From the NCBI RefSeq assembly GCF_009914755.1, contig NC_060927.1: DNA of 64,000 nucleotides; one strand, 5' to 3'. Shown piece by piece: positions 1-51,206 of the stretch. Position 1 is the stretch's first letter. The number at the start of each line of letters is the position of its first letter. The position numbers were made by a program, and so were the translations under genes. This stretch comes from the human T2T-CHM13v2.0 reference genome, Homo sapiens. The notes under the pieces were generated by a model. That model had not been told where the DNA came from and made no database searches. It was given only the letters and a program-made list of their open reading frames with translations.

Positions 1-1320
1 ACTAGCCCTCTATTTTGCCCTGCAGAGCCAACCAGGTGGCCTTTCTAAAACCAAAAATGGATGACCATTTAAGCCTGTACCATTGTTCCTCAGCACCATG
101 GGACAAAGTTCACAATCTTGAGCTTGCAGACGAGGCTGTTTTCATCTGGGCTTCCGCAGCAAGGCGGGTACTTGTGTCCTTGAAAATAATTCTCACTGCA
201 CTCATCCTCACTCCAGGAGTACCCATCAGCCAGCACCCATGTGTGGTTCACCTTTGCACCCAGCAGGTATTTGCTGAACAGGAAGATGACTATTAGAGCT
301 GAAAATGTTCTCAAGGGCCACAGGGCCCAAAGCAACTCAGAGAGGTGGAATGAGGGGCTCAGGGTGGCCCAGTCCCAGGCAGGGGTGCGGCCACAACCTC
401 AACTGAGTTCCTTGGTCAGGAAACAGAGCAATTCTCTGAAAATGCTACCTGCAACTCCACACGTATGCATGCCAGAGCCCAAACCCCTGGCTGATCCCCA
501 GTCCATGCAAGCCTTAATCAAGCTGGCAGGTGGGCCAGGCCTGGCACACAAGTAGGGCCTCAGCTAAAACAGCTGCTTGACTTAGTACAGCCTCTCACCA
601 GCTGACAACACACCCCTAAGTTCCATACCCCTCTCTAGGCCTCCGTCTTCTCATCTGTAGAATGGAGCTAATTCTGCCTACAAGTTTAAATGGCCCTGAG
701 TTGGTCACCACAACCCTGTCGTTTGCAAACCGAGGGGGCTGAAGCAGCAGTTCCAGCCTCTGTGACTCCACTGTTAGCCCAGCTGATTTTTGTGAACTTT
801 CCCCCAAACCCACTGTGTCTCAAAGGATGGTCCCTGGGCCACCCACCCACGAATTACGGGGGCGTGGGTGGAGGCTCGTTAAATGCAGATCCCGGGCCTG
901 ACCCGGACCTGCCGTCTGGATCTCATTTTAGGCGGCGCTAGAGATCCCGGGCCAGGGAAACTTGAGAACCGCAGCTCCAAATCGCCAGTGCTGACGGCTT
1001 CCGCTTTGGGAGCCCCAGGTGTTGCTGTCCGAACTCACTTGGTGGAAACAGACATTTACCAGAAAGCCTGGGGTCGGGCAGCGGGCACTCCTACCGCTCT
1101 AACCCCGCGTAGCTGAAAGAATTCGCTCCCTCAAAGGAGTCAGTGAGCTTCGGCAGTCTGCGTTCCACCCGTTTCGCTTCGCGCGGCGGGGCGATTGTGT
1201 AAAGCGGGCCCGGGTCTCGGCGTCCAGCCCGGCCCCAAACCTCCGGCCCCCAGGCCTCTCCGGGCTAGCGGCCGGGCGGCGCTGCTGCGGGGTGGTCGGG
1301 GCGCCTCCGCGGCTACTCAC

Positions 1321-1660
1321 CCGGGGCGACTCGGCCGAGAGCCCGACAGTCGGGACCGGAGCGGGAGGAGCGGGTGGCCGCGGCCCGGCCCCTGCCCCGC
1401 GGCACTTTAACCGGCGGCGCCGGCGCCCCGCGCGCTCTCTGCGTCCGGAATGGGGACGCAGCAGTTCCGACCCGGTCGGCCCCGGAGCCGCGAGGCTAGC
1501 TGGGCTCCAGCGGAGGCGCGCGAAGCCCGAGGGCGGGTGCAGCTGATGCACCTGGCTCACTGCATGCACGTGTGCGCGGGGGTAGGCGCGCGCCGCGGCG
1601 GCCCGTGCTCCGCCAGCGCTCGGACACGGCCCATCCCTCCGAGCCCCAGCAGGCGAGGGC
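1321..1660 (-). other. CHDH: Probable non-coding first exon of choline dehydrogenase (rest of gene lies left of the window)
   Basis: Minus-strand donor G|GTGAGT at 1321/1320 within the CpG island. Identity and 5' limit rest on recalled gene order (CHDH head-to-head with IL17RB); no CHDH coding sequence is in the window. Confidence 0.6.
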
Positions 1661-1826
1661 GCTGCGACCTGCCCCAGCCTGGGAGGGGGCCAGCGGGCCC
1701 GCCCTCTGTTCGGGTGGCGGGAATGGGTCGGCGCTGCGAGAGGCGGAGCCGAGAAGGGGCGGCCCGGCGGCGCCGGGATAAAAGCGCAGCGTGCGGGTGG
1801 CCTGGATCCCGCGCAGTGGCCCGGCG

Positions 1827-20548
<18,722 letters not shown>

Positions 20549-20676
20549 CCCACCCATGAGAAGCAAGAGACCTTAAAGGCTTCCTATCCCACCAATTACA
20601 GGGAAAAAACGTGTGATGATCCTGAAGCTTACTATGCAGCCTACAAACAGCCTTAGTAATTAAAACATTTTATACC

Positions 20677-21021
20677 AATAAAATTTTCAAATATTGCTAA
20701 CTAATGTAGCATTAACTAACGATTGGAAACTACATTTACAACTTCAAAGCTGTTTTATACATAGAAATCAATTACAGTTTTAATTGAAAACTATAACCAT
20801 TTTGATAATGCAACAATAAAGCATCTTCAGCCAAACATCTAGTCTTCCATAGACCATGCATTGCAGTGTACCCAGAACTGTTTAGCTAATATTCTATGTT
20901 TAATTAATGAATACTAACTCTAAGAACCCCTCACTGATTCACTCAATAGCATCTTAAGTGAAAAACCTTCTATTACATGCAAAAAATCATTGTTTTTAAG
21001 ATAACAAAAGTAGGGAATAAA
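20677..21021 (+). terminator. IL17RB: IL17RB polyadenylation signals
   Basis: AATAAA at 20677-20682, 20815-20820 and 21016-21021 in an AT-rich 3' UTR. Confidence 0.7.
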
Positions 21022-21352
21022 CAAGCTGAACCCACTTTTACTGGACCAAATGATCTATTATATGTGTAACCACTTGTATGATTTGGTATTTGCATAAGAC
21101 CTTCCCTCTACAAACTAGATTCATATCTTGATTCTTGTACAGGTGCCTTTTAACATGAACAACAAAATACCCACAAACTTGTCTACTTTTGCCTAAAGTT
21201 ACCTATTAGAGGTCACTGTCAGAGTTCTCAGTTTCTTAGTTACTATTTAACTTTTCATGTTCAAAATGAAAATAATTCTTAAGTTGAAAGCCCTCTTGAA
21301 GTAACCTTTTTATAAATGAGTTATTATAATGGTTTACTTAAATAAAAAACAG

Positions 21353-22020
<668 letters not shown>

Positions 22021-22305
22021 TAAAAGCATCTTTTTCTTTAATGCAGAGGTTATGTTGTATTATTAGCATAAATGTTTTTTTTCTGGGAATGCTTATTTCA
22101 CACAGCACAATACTGAATCTTCTCTGGAATGTGGATCGATTTCAGATGGATGACTATTAAAATGTGTATATTTGCAGATTATCCTTAAAGGGCCACCTCA
22201 TGCCTTCTAATTTATGTCTTACGGATAAAAAATCAAAATGAAGCATAAAGTAAAAACTGTGTCCAGCTTTACAAGTGGACGCTTAGTAATGGCTGAGGCA
22301 ATATG

Positions 22306-22326
22306 TTTAATGTAGCAAATTTTACT
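22306..22326 (-). terminator. ACTR8: Candidate ACTR8 poly(A) signals (variant hexamers)
   Basis: Minus-strand AGTAAA (22326-22321) and ATTAAA (22311-22306) about 1.65 kb after the stop; which is used cannot be seen from sequence. Confidence 0.45.
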
Positions 22327-23957
22327 TATTTGTCATGATCAGTTTTCACAGTGCTTGTAAGTGCTGGTAATAGAAGATGGACATGGTTTAGGTCAAAACT
22401 TGGACCAGAAACCAACTTCCTTTGAAACAGCTCTACCAGTTATAAGAGCAATATGCTGTTAGGTGAAGAACTGTTTAACAGAAATATATTATGTTTTTGC
22501 AAACAGGCAGCTGATCCAAAATTGTGTTGAAACACCTCAGAAACATAAATGACATCAATACTCTATAAATTAATGCTGTTAACAAATTTAAAAAATAAAA
22601 CATACAATTTTCAAATTGAAGGCACACATCCCAGTTGGTACTGGCAAGTTTAAATTGTTTCTAATACTGGTGGACTCTTCATTTGTAACCTACTGAGCAG
22701 TTACAGAGGGTACTCCCATTGATACAAAATGCTCAGGTACCGGCATTTCTCCACATCCAGAGTTCTTTCTATATTCCCTTCTGATTTCCATCCCTTATCT
22801 GTTCCCTGCTTTTGTCCTTCCCCAGTCTCACCCCCATCTCTAGCCATGGTAAGTGAGATGGCGGAAGCAGGTGCCTAGAAGCAAGCAGCAGGAAGCAGCA
22901 TTTTCCCACTCCTCCCAGAGCTCTGGGCTCCCAGACTGTGTTCCTACCTCTGGACAATGCTTTCTCTTCCTCCTGGGCTCAGAGGGCTTCACCAGAGCCT
23001 GGACCACCAGTGGTAATAGCTGCATTATTTAGATTTTGCTTCAGGATGCTCAGAGGTTAAGGTTAACTGATCATACTGAACATCATGAACTCCAAAAGCT
23101 TTCACTTAATCCTTCAGGTAAAGGAAAATTGAGGCTTGATGACTAAGTTGGTAGTATTAATAACTACATCAGTCACCATATCTGTACAACACAAGGACTC
23201 TTAAATTATACCCAAATCATTTCTATTTGGCTTTAGGAAAAAAACAAGATTTCCTTTTCAGCATTTGTTCTGTTTTGGCCAAATAAAAATTGTTTTCTTT
23301 CTTCCTCTAAGCTCACCCTACGGCATGTCAGGTAACAAAAGCCAGTCTGCCCAGCCTTCCATCTTTACCTTTGGAAATCGAGACCTGAATGGGTCCCATT
23401 CTTTTTCTGTAATCCAACAGAAAATGAAAAAAAAACAAAAACCACCAAAACTTTTTCCCCCTATTTGGGATTCTAAGAGGACACATGAGTCACATAAGTG
23501 CATTTAACTCAGACAACTTTAGATCCTAATGAAATACTAGACAAGAGAGAAAATGGCATGAGTGGACAGTTCTCCCTCGTCACATACTATCCCTCATGGT
23601 TGCATGAGGCTGCCTGCTGATGAGATTCAAGCCAACTTAAATGAAGGGCTTCACCACATGAGAACCTTCAATAGCAACGTTTACATCACTGGGGAGTTTA
23701 TGAGACCCTGAGAGAGGGCAAGAGAGTTTACAACTGAAGAGAAAGTTCCTATTTATTCTCAAATGCCCTGACTAAACTGCTCAAAAGCAGTTTATATTTT
23801 CAAACCAATGTCATGTCCTCAACATAAAGTTCAAATTCATTTACTGTCCATGACACTTAAGCATCCAGATCAATAAATTACAATACACATATTCTGTAAG
23901 AGTCTTTTATACCAAGAAGCTTGTTTTTGGTCTTCGGCAGTGACATTTCCTCCCCAT

Positions 23958-37341
<13,384 letters not shown>

Positions 37342-37649
37342 TATGGCCGGAGACACCCACCAACCTCTCGCCTCAGCGCTGCAGCCACGACTGCCGGGAT
37401 GGAAGGGCCACCGCGCAGGCGCACGGCCGGCTGCCCACAGTCAAGATGGCCGCCGCGGAGTCGCCCCAGAGGGCTCCGAAAAGGCGGGGGTGGGGCTGCC
37501 CGGCGCAGGGGCTGGGGGCGGGGTGTGCATGCGGATTGATTGGGTGGGTGTTGCTGTGATTAGTCCTGACTGTGTAGATGCCAGCAACATAGTACACATA
37601 GCTTTTCGAGCGCCTAGTGGGGGTCGGCTGATAACCCGCATCTTATTTC

Positions 37650-38720
37650 GTCCTCACAGGCATCTCTTCTCCTGGCTTCCCAGATACCATATGTACTCTT
37701 AGTTTTTCTCATATGTCTTCATGTTCAGTCCAGCCTCTGATGTTGGGGTTAGGTCTTTTCCAGGCACACTCCTTGGGTGACTATCCAGTTTCCTGGCTTT
37801 AGCAATGAATACGATTCCCAAATATATATATCCAGGATGAACCGCTCAGAGAGATCCGTACTGATAACCAGTGCCTACTTGGTCTCTCCATCTGGATTGT
37901 CTACAAGGCACTGCAAACTTAAATATGTCCAAAATTTAACTCTTGATTCCCTCCCCTCTCACTTTCACCATCTCAGTAAATGTCATTTTGATTCTTCACT
38001 TGTTGACAGCTTCTACATCCAATCCATCAGTAAATCCTGCAGTCTCTAAAATAGATCTTGAATTCATCCACTTCTCCATTCCCATGCCACTACCTAGCCC
38101 AAGCCACTATCATCTCACCTGGATGACTACAACAGCCTCTTAACTCGAACTCCTTGTCCTGTCCCCCTATGATCTGTTCTTATATAGTTGCCCACGTTGT
38201 TTTAAAATATTACGTAGTTAATACTACTATGTACCCAGCACTCCACTAAGACTTACCTCAAAAATTAGATGTCACTCATGCTTTAAACTCTAATGGTTTC
38301 CCTTTGCTCAAAGAACAGAATCTAAACTAACCACCACCTAAAGACCATATCTAGTTATTGCTACATTTCTAAGTTCACCTCACAACACTCTCCCCATTCC
38401 TTGGCATTTCCAGCTACACCTGTTTTATCTTTCTCAGACATGCCAAGCCCTTCCCGTCATCGGGCTGTTGCACTTGCTGTTCATTTTGCCTTGGATGCTC
38501 TTCCCTCAGCTGTCTCATTCTCACGTCTGAACTCAAATGTCACCTCAGGCCTTCCGCAGTTATTCTCTCATCATCCTATTCCCTTTGAAGCATGAAGCAT
38601 TAGTCTGTAATTATCATGCCTGCTCACTGTCTCCCACACTAGAATGTAAGCTCCGTGAGACTTTGCCAGTTATCTTCAGCACATGGTAGGTGCCCAATAA
38701 GCATGTGATGACTAAATACT
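37650..38720 (+). mobile_element. L2 LINE 3' fragment(s)
   Basis: Pyrimidine-rich L2-like motifs (tcccaaatatatatatccag, ccaagccactatcatctcacctggatgactac, ctagaatgtaagctccgtgag). Confidence 0.65.
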
Positions 38721-39254
38721 AAATAAAGAACTCTTGGAGGTAAAAATTTAATCCCCGTTTTACAGGTGAGTGAAGTGGGATAAAATGGCATAATTCACTC
38801 AAGATCATAAGCTATTGAGTAGCAAAGACAAGAGTTAAGCATAAAGTACTCAAGAACCTGTGTTTTACATTCTATCTGAAGTGCAAAGAAGAATACCTGA
38901 ATGTCAAATGCAGCCAGAACTCTGGGATAAGACCCGAGGAACAAGTCCTGCAGCAGCAGTGCTAGGAGGCAGAAGAGGACCATGGTTCACATGCTCAGGA
39001 AGAGCCATCAGTAACAACAATCAACCACCTACTGAGACTCTGCCATGGTCTCCCCGCTATAGGGTAAGGTGGAGGTTTAATAATGCCTCTGCCATTCACT
39101 GGCAATACAATCTAGGAAGCTGCCAAACTTTACTGAACCCTTGCATGTATCTGTATAATGCAAATGTCATTATACATTTACCTCACTTTGTATATATGTA
39201 TACATTATACATATCCCTCACTTTGTCAGAATTTAAAATGTGTAAAAATTTACA

Positions 39255-39441
39255 GGCTGGGCATTGTGGCTCACACGTGTAATCCCAGCGTTTAGGGAGG
39301 CCATAGTGGGAGATCACTTTAGCCCAAAAGGTCAAGGCTGCAGTGAGCAGCCACTGTACTCCAGCCTGGATAAGAGTGAGACCCTGTCTCAAAAATAAAA
39401 ATAAAAAATAAAAATAAAATAAAAATTAAAAAATAAATAAA
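39255..39441 (+). mobile_element. Alu monomer (FAM/FRAM-like)
   Basis: Single diverged monomer with (TAAAAA)n tail. Confidence 0.8.
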
Positions 39442-39677
39442 ATCTGACACATAATTGAGGTGGCCAGCAAACTGTTATCCTTATCCTGAAACCTGCATTG
39501 TAATTGCTTCTTTATCCTGAATATTGGTATCTTATGCCACAACATCCCATTTCCCGACAAACGGGGTTGAATAAATGCTGATAAATCAATATAAAAAGGC
39601 TTTCACCTGAACACTTGGTTTCAAAGCCTGTTAAACACCAGAAGAGGAATTATCTGTTTTCGTTTTTCCAATAAATA

Positions 39678-39683
39678 TTTATT
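39678..39683 (-). terminator. SELENOK: SELENOK distal poly(A) signal candidate
   Basis: AATAAA on minus strand inside the palindrome AATAAATATTTATT. Confidence 0.55.
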
Positions 39684-39889
39684 TCCAATAAATACTACAT
39701 GACTATCTTACATGTAGTCACTATTCAAAGGACTGGGGTAAAGACAACAAAATTCCTAGTCTCAGAGCTTCCACTCTAGTGAAAGAATGTGAAAGTTATC
39801 AGTATTCAGATGGAGTTTAAAGCCAATAGGCAGTATTTTGAGTGATGCTATAGAGTGCAAATTTGTCAAGATAGCATGGAAGCCCATGG

Positions 39890-40168
39890 TTTTATTTATT
39901 TTTTTGAGACAGGGTCTCACTCTGTTGCCTAGGCAGGAGTGCAGTGGCATGCTCACAGCAACCTCCGCCTCCCGGGTTGAAGCGATTCTCCTGCCTCCGC
40001 CTCCTGAGTAGCAGGGATTACAGGTGCACTCTACCACGCCTGGCTAATTTTTGTTATTTTAGGTTTCGTCATGCTGCAGGCTGGTCTCAAACTCGTGAAC
40101 TTAGGCGATCTGCCCGCCTCAGCCTCCCACAGTGCTGGGATTACAGGCATGAGCCACCGCGCCAGGCT
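39890..40168 (-). mobile_element. Alu
   Basis: Reverse Alu; flanks gaagcccatg / gaagtccatg. Confidence 0.93.
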
Positions 40169-40455
40169 GAAGTCCATGATTTTAAAAACTATTTAGTAAA
40201 TTTTCATTTTGTAGCTCAGTTTTGTTAGCTATGGTTTTATAAATACCCTGATAATTACATTTGGTAGCAAATTAGACACAGTGTATTAAAGATTGATGAG
40301 ACAAATATGTTAAAGATAAAAATTAATTCAAGAGCACAGATATGCTATGCATACTACTAAAATAAATACAGTGATTTATAAATGAGAAAAAGTTAACAAT
40401 GAACAGTGTTTCAGAAGTTGAAAAGGTGACACTAACAGTGCTAAATACACAGGCT

Positions 40456-40461
40456 TTTATT
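40456..40461 (-). terminator. SELENOK: SELENOK proximal poly(A) signal
   Basis: AATAAA on minus strand about 140 nt after the SECIS; also ATTAAA at 40558-40553. Confidence 0.75.
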
Positions 40462-40600
40462 TGTTTTCTTCAGATTGCTTTTTCGTGAATATAAAGATGA
40501 GGAGTCCATTCTGCAACCTAAAAATATTTACTTATTAAAACTATATTAATACTTTAATAAACTATACAAAAAGGTAATGAGACAAACATCTGCATTTATG

Positions 40601-40683
40601 GAACTGCATGTCAGTCAGGCCAGTTCCCTGCAGAGGGAATTCCCAGCATGACCTCATTCATCTGTGAGGACACAGAGCAGTCC
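40601..40683 (-). promoter_or_regulatory. SELENOK: SECIS element (type II) in SELENOK 3' UTR
   Basis: mRNA reads AUGAG-GUCAUGCUGG-GAA-UUCCC-UCUGCA-GGGAA-CUGGCCUGAC-UGAC: AUGA/GA core (40657-40654 and 40613-40610), 10-bp helix II with one mismatch, unpaired AA, apical mini-stem; flanks GGACUGC/GCAGUUC can pair. Confidence 0.92.
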
Positions 40684-40797
40684 TTGTTTAGACATACACA
40701 TTCATCTACTGCTCATCATGGTCAGCCTTCCACTTCTTGATGGTTTCCTTCTGCTATGAATGCGCATGTCCGGTTGTCTGCTTCTTAGAGCAGACAT

Positions 40798-47028
<6,231 letters not shown>

Positions 47029-48490
47029 CTTGTCCCACTTCCCCGCTTCGGAGCCACCGGGCGCCTGGCCCCTGTCGGTTTCTGTATCTCCCTCTGCTCC
47101 CCGCCCTTCGAGCGTCACAGGCCGCGATTAGACAAAATGCTGACGAGGACGAAGGTGGGCAGAGCCCATTGGCTGCTGAAAGAGACGCGCCCCCGACGGG
47201 CGTTTTTGCATCGTCACATCTGCGACTTCTGGTTAGGCGGAGGCGGCCGAGCTGACAACCGGATATGACGTTAAGGACTGCCCTGTAGTGCCCGCGGTTG
47301 CCAGTCCTCTATCCGACTTGATCGTGCAGAGTTGGTTCGCACCGCCCAGTGAGGGGAAGCTGTTTTCTCGTCGATTGATAGGCTCCGGGTCTGGGTAGGA
47401 GAGGCTGCCCTGTATGAGGTAGCTTGAAGGGCCGCTGACAGGAGGAAACGCTTCCGAATTTTCCAGACGTGTTGACGTTTGAGGGTGCTGACTACACGTT
47501 AAGGAACTTTATTGTCACGCCTTTGGGAATATACTGCCAGGCTCTTCCTAGATATATTCATTCTCTTTAAAATGAGCATGTCTACCTGGGTTCACCAGAA
47601 ACTAAGTTTTTCTTAGCCTTTTGTGAGGCAACTGAAAAATAAATTGAACTGTAGGCCCTTTCTCTGCTTGTTTCTTATTGATGGCGACTGCTTATGACCA
47701 CTTTGGTGACAGACGAATTAGAAGACATGTCTTGGACATTCAGTAAATGTGGACCACATACCATGGATATTTACTCTGCTACAGCCAGTGGGCTGCCTCT
47801 GTTCCTTGAACGTGGCCATTTCATTCCCTTCTCAAGGCCTCTGCACTTAGCTATTCTTTCAGCGTGGAGACCTAATGGCTGCTTCCTTTGACTTCCCGCC
47901 CCCAGTTCTCAAGCCATGTGTCATCTCTTTGGAAAGATTCCTAATCACCTTCCAGAAAATGAAAATTACATGCTGAAAATCTATTTTGAGTTTAACAACT
48001 TTGGTTAAGATTTTATGTTCTAATACTTAGAACTGACAAAGATCTAATTTTATGTTGATTTTGGAGAGAGCATTTTCCCCAGAAAAGTTCATAATAGGAC
48101 AAGACAACATCCTTCACCTCATTTGGGATTTGTGCAGCACAATCATAAAGGATCATTTCTGCAAAAATATTAGGGCAGGGCCGTTAATTTTCCCAAGGGC
48201 CTTTCTTAATCTAGACCATGCCACCATCATCTCTCACCTGCTCTACGCTAGTTTCCTTCTAAATGAAATCTCAGGTTCAGTCTTTTACCATCCTTAGGCA
48301 GTTTTACAAACTGTAGCAAGATCGATCTTAAAACGGAGATCATCTCGTTCCCTTGCCTAAAACCTTTTGGACACTAAAATTTAGTGACTTCCTATTGCTC
48401 TTAAAATCCAGTTCCTTGTCATGGCCTGCAGGCCCAAGGTGACTTGTCCTCTTGATTGCTCCTCTCACTGTACTTCCAGCCACATCTCCC

Positions 48491-48590
48491 CACCCAGATT
48501 ATGCTCTGGCAACATTGTTGTTTTAGTTTATGAACACCCCCACCCAGATTATGCTCTGGCAACATTGTTGTTTTAGTTTGTGAACACCCC
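48491..48590. repeat. 50-bp tandem duplication (2 copies, 1 mismatch) in L2-like sequence
   Basis: 48491-48540 and 48541-48590 differ only at a/g (48530/48580). Confidence 0.95.
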
Positions 48591-49554
48591 GGGTTTTACT
48601 GATACCTCCAGGACTCTGCCCATACTTGTCCCTCTACCTGGAACCCTCTTCCTCGGACTCCTTGCACATCCAGCTCATTTTATCCTTTAGCCCTCTGCTT
48701 AGTTGTCACCACTTCTGGGTGCCCTTCCCTGGCCACTCATCTCCGTGTTTATTTTCTTCATAGTAATTCACATTGTGAAACTGTCTGATAATTGATTTGT
48801 CTCTTGTCTTCAAGAAAATATAAGACGTAAGAGGTCAGGAATCCTGTCTGCCTTATTGTCTTTTATATCTTCAAGGTCTGTCATAGTTCTTGGCAAGTAG
48901 TAGGTGCTCAGATATTTGTTGGTTGGTTGAATGAGATTTTTTTAGACAATTTTTTGACAATTGCTTAAAATCTCTCCAATTGCCAAAAGAGGAAAGAAAC
49001 TAACATTGGGATCTCCTGAGTATCGGACATTGTGAGGCTATCTCTTCCTTTCCATTCCTTTATCTAGATCATTTTTGCCTGAGATTTAATGCAGTGATTT
49101 CCTAATGAGCTACCTCTAGTTTCTCCGTACTCCATTTCATGCTATCTTCACCTGTTAGTTTAATCCAATCTTGCCTCTCCCATTCACAGACCTTCCGTTT
49201 CTTCCCACCACCTGACAAACATAATTCAGCCTCCCTGGTCTGGCATTAAGGGCTTTCCTGATACATCTTAGATTTTGCTCTCTGATTTCTACTTCCCTAG
49301 TAGACCCTTTGTTTTCCTGCCTTGTTGCCTCTGCTCATGTGTTTCCTCTTGAAAGGAACTTTCTCCACCTGCTAAAATCTAATCAATCCTTCAAGGCAAG
49401 GCATGTTCCTCTCGAATAACAAAGGTGAAAGGACTTTGAAAATTGAAAAAAATTATATAGTTAGTTACAATTATAGTTAGTTACAATTATATAGTTAGTG
49501 GTAGAGGACAAAGATAGCATTTCCCCTCTTTCCCTAACCTTTAATGTCTGAAAC

Positions 49555-49855
49555 TAAGCATTAGCCACTAGCCACATGTAGCTGTTGAATATTTGAAATG
49601 TGGCTAGTCTGAATTGAAATGTACTGTACAAAATACCAGATCACAAAGATTTAGAATGAAATGAAGACTGTAAAATATCTTGTTTTTAATATTGATATGT
49701 TGAAATGATATTTTGGAGATTAAAGAACATATGTTACTAAAAGTAATTTTATTTGTTAATTTCATTTATTTTTATGTGACTACTAGAAAATTTAAAATTA
49801 CATACTTGGCTCACATACATGGTTTACATTACATTTCTGTTGGATACTGCTTGTC
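49555..49855. mobile_element. MER33/MER3-like hAT-Charlie element
   Basis: tagccactagccacatgtagctgttgaatatttgaaatgtggctagt...tactagaaaatttaaaattacatacttggctcacat. Confidence 0.7.
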
Positions 49856-49939
49856 TAGAATGAAGACATTGGCCTGGCAAAGAAGAGGTATTCAATAAAT
49901 ACTTGTTGAGTGAATGAAAGAATTGGTAGTTTTAATAAT

Positions 49940-50275
49940 GGATAATATGTATACAGGGTTACTATGTGTCAGGCACTGTTCTAAACACTTTCCATTTATT
50001 CATTTAATCCTCATAACAACGACGATAATAATAGCTAACATTTGTATAGTGCTTACCCTGTGCCAGGGAACGTTCTGATTGCTTTTCATGTATTCATTCA
50101 TTTAAACTTCAACCCTACTGAGTTCTGTTATTCCCATTTTACAGATGAGGAAACTGAGAGAGAGCTCAAGTGTCTTGCCCAAGATCACACAGTTAATAAG
50201 AAGCAGAATTGAGGTTAAGATCAAGAGCCAGGCTCTATAGTTTGTGCTCTTAACCCCTGTGCTATGCTGCATCTC
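49940..50275 (-). mobile_element. MIR SINE(s)
   Basis: ttactatgtgtcaggcactgttctaa; cccattttacagatgaggaaactgag. Confidence 0.75.
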
Positions 50276-51135
50276 CACACATAACAGAAGTATTGAAATA
50301 GTGTACAATCCACCACGGTATTTGTAGTATAGAATGAGAGGTGATTTCTGGAGACTGTTTGACTGTATCTCAGCTTTCTCAAAGTTGCAAAATAGCTGCC
50401 CAGTTTTTCTTTTCTAGATTCCCCAGCAAAATTCCCTGAGCATCTCTAAGTGGATGACCTTCATATCTCTGCACTAAACCCTTGGCCAGTGGGATGGGCC
50501 ATTCTGAATGACAGCTACCTCTGGAGCTGGAGCTTGACTCAATCCCACTTAAGCTAGAGGGCTTGAGAGTTGGAGAGGGGTGGTGGTTACCACGAGATAA
50601 TGAAGGAACACTGGGTTACATAGAAACAATAAGATGTCCTCAATATTACTGTTAGGAAACATGAAAACAGATGGCATTTATATTCTTTATTGACCTTTTA
50701 TGTGTTTGTTCTTAGAGTTATTGCCTTTGCATTCTTTATTTCATCTGGACTCAGAATCCTTAACTCTTTAATTGCCTCATTTTTCTACCTTATACTCTTT
50801 ATTGTTGCTATTCACAGCAACTTTTTCTTTTTAATTTTCAATTTTTGTAAAACTGTGTAGCCAGACTGGACCTGCTGTGCAAATCAGCAATTTTTGAACC
50901 AGTAATCACCTCATCACTTCAGCTGAAGTGATGGTTGTACAACTCTACAAGTCACTTTCTTAAACTACCTGAACTTATTTTCTGTATCAAAATGAGAAAA
51001 TGTTTATAAAAATTCACATTGCAGTCATCCTTGGAGAATTTGATTGGCTTAAAAGTTTAAAAATTTCCTCTGTAGTCTCTAAAGTATTTCACTGAGTTAA
51101 TTACATTATCAGTTTCACTAGTGAGCCTGTATGAT

Positions 51136-51156
51136 TATATATATATATATGTATAT

Positions 51157-51203
<47 letters not shown>
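51136..51203. repeat. (TA)n-(CA)n microsatellite
   Basis: Direct reading. Confidence 0.95.
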
Positions 51204-51206
<3 letters not shown>

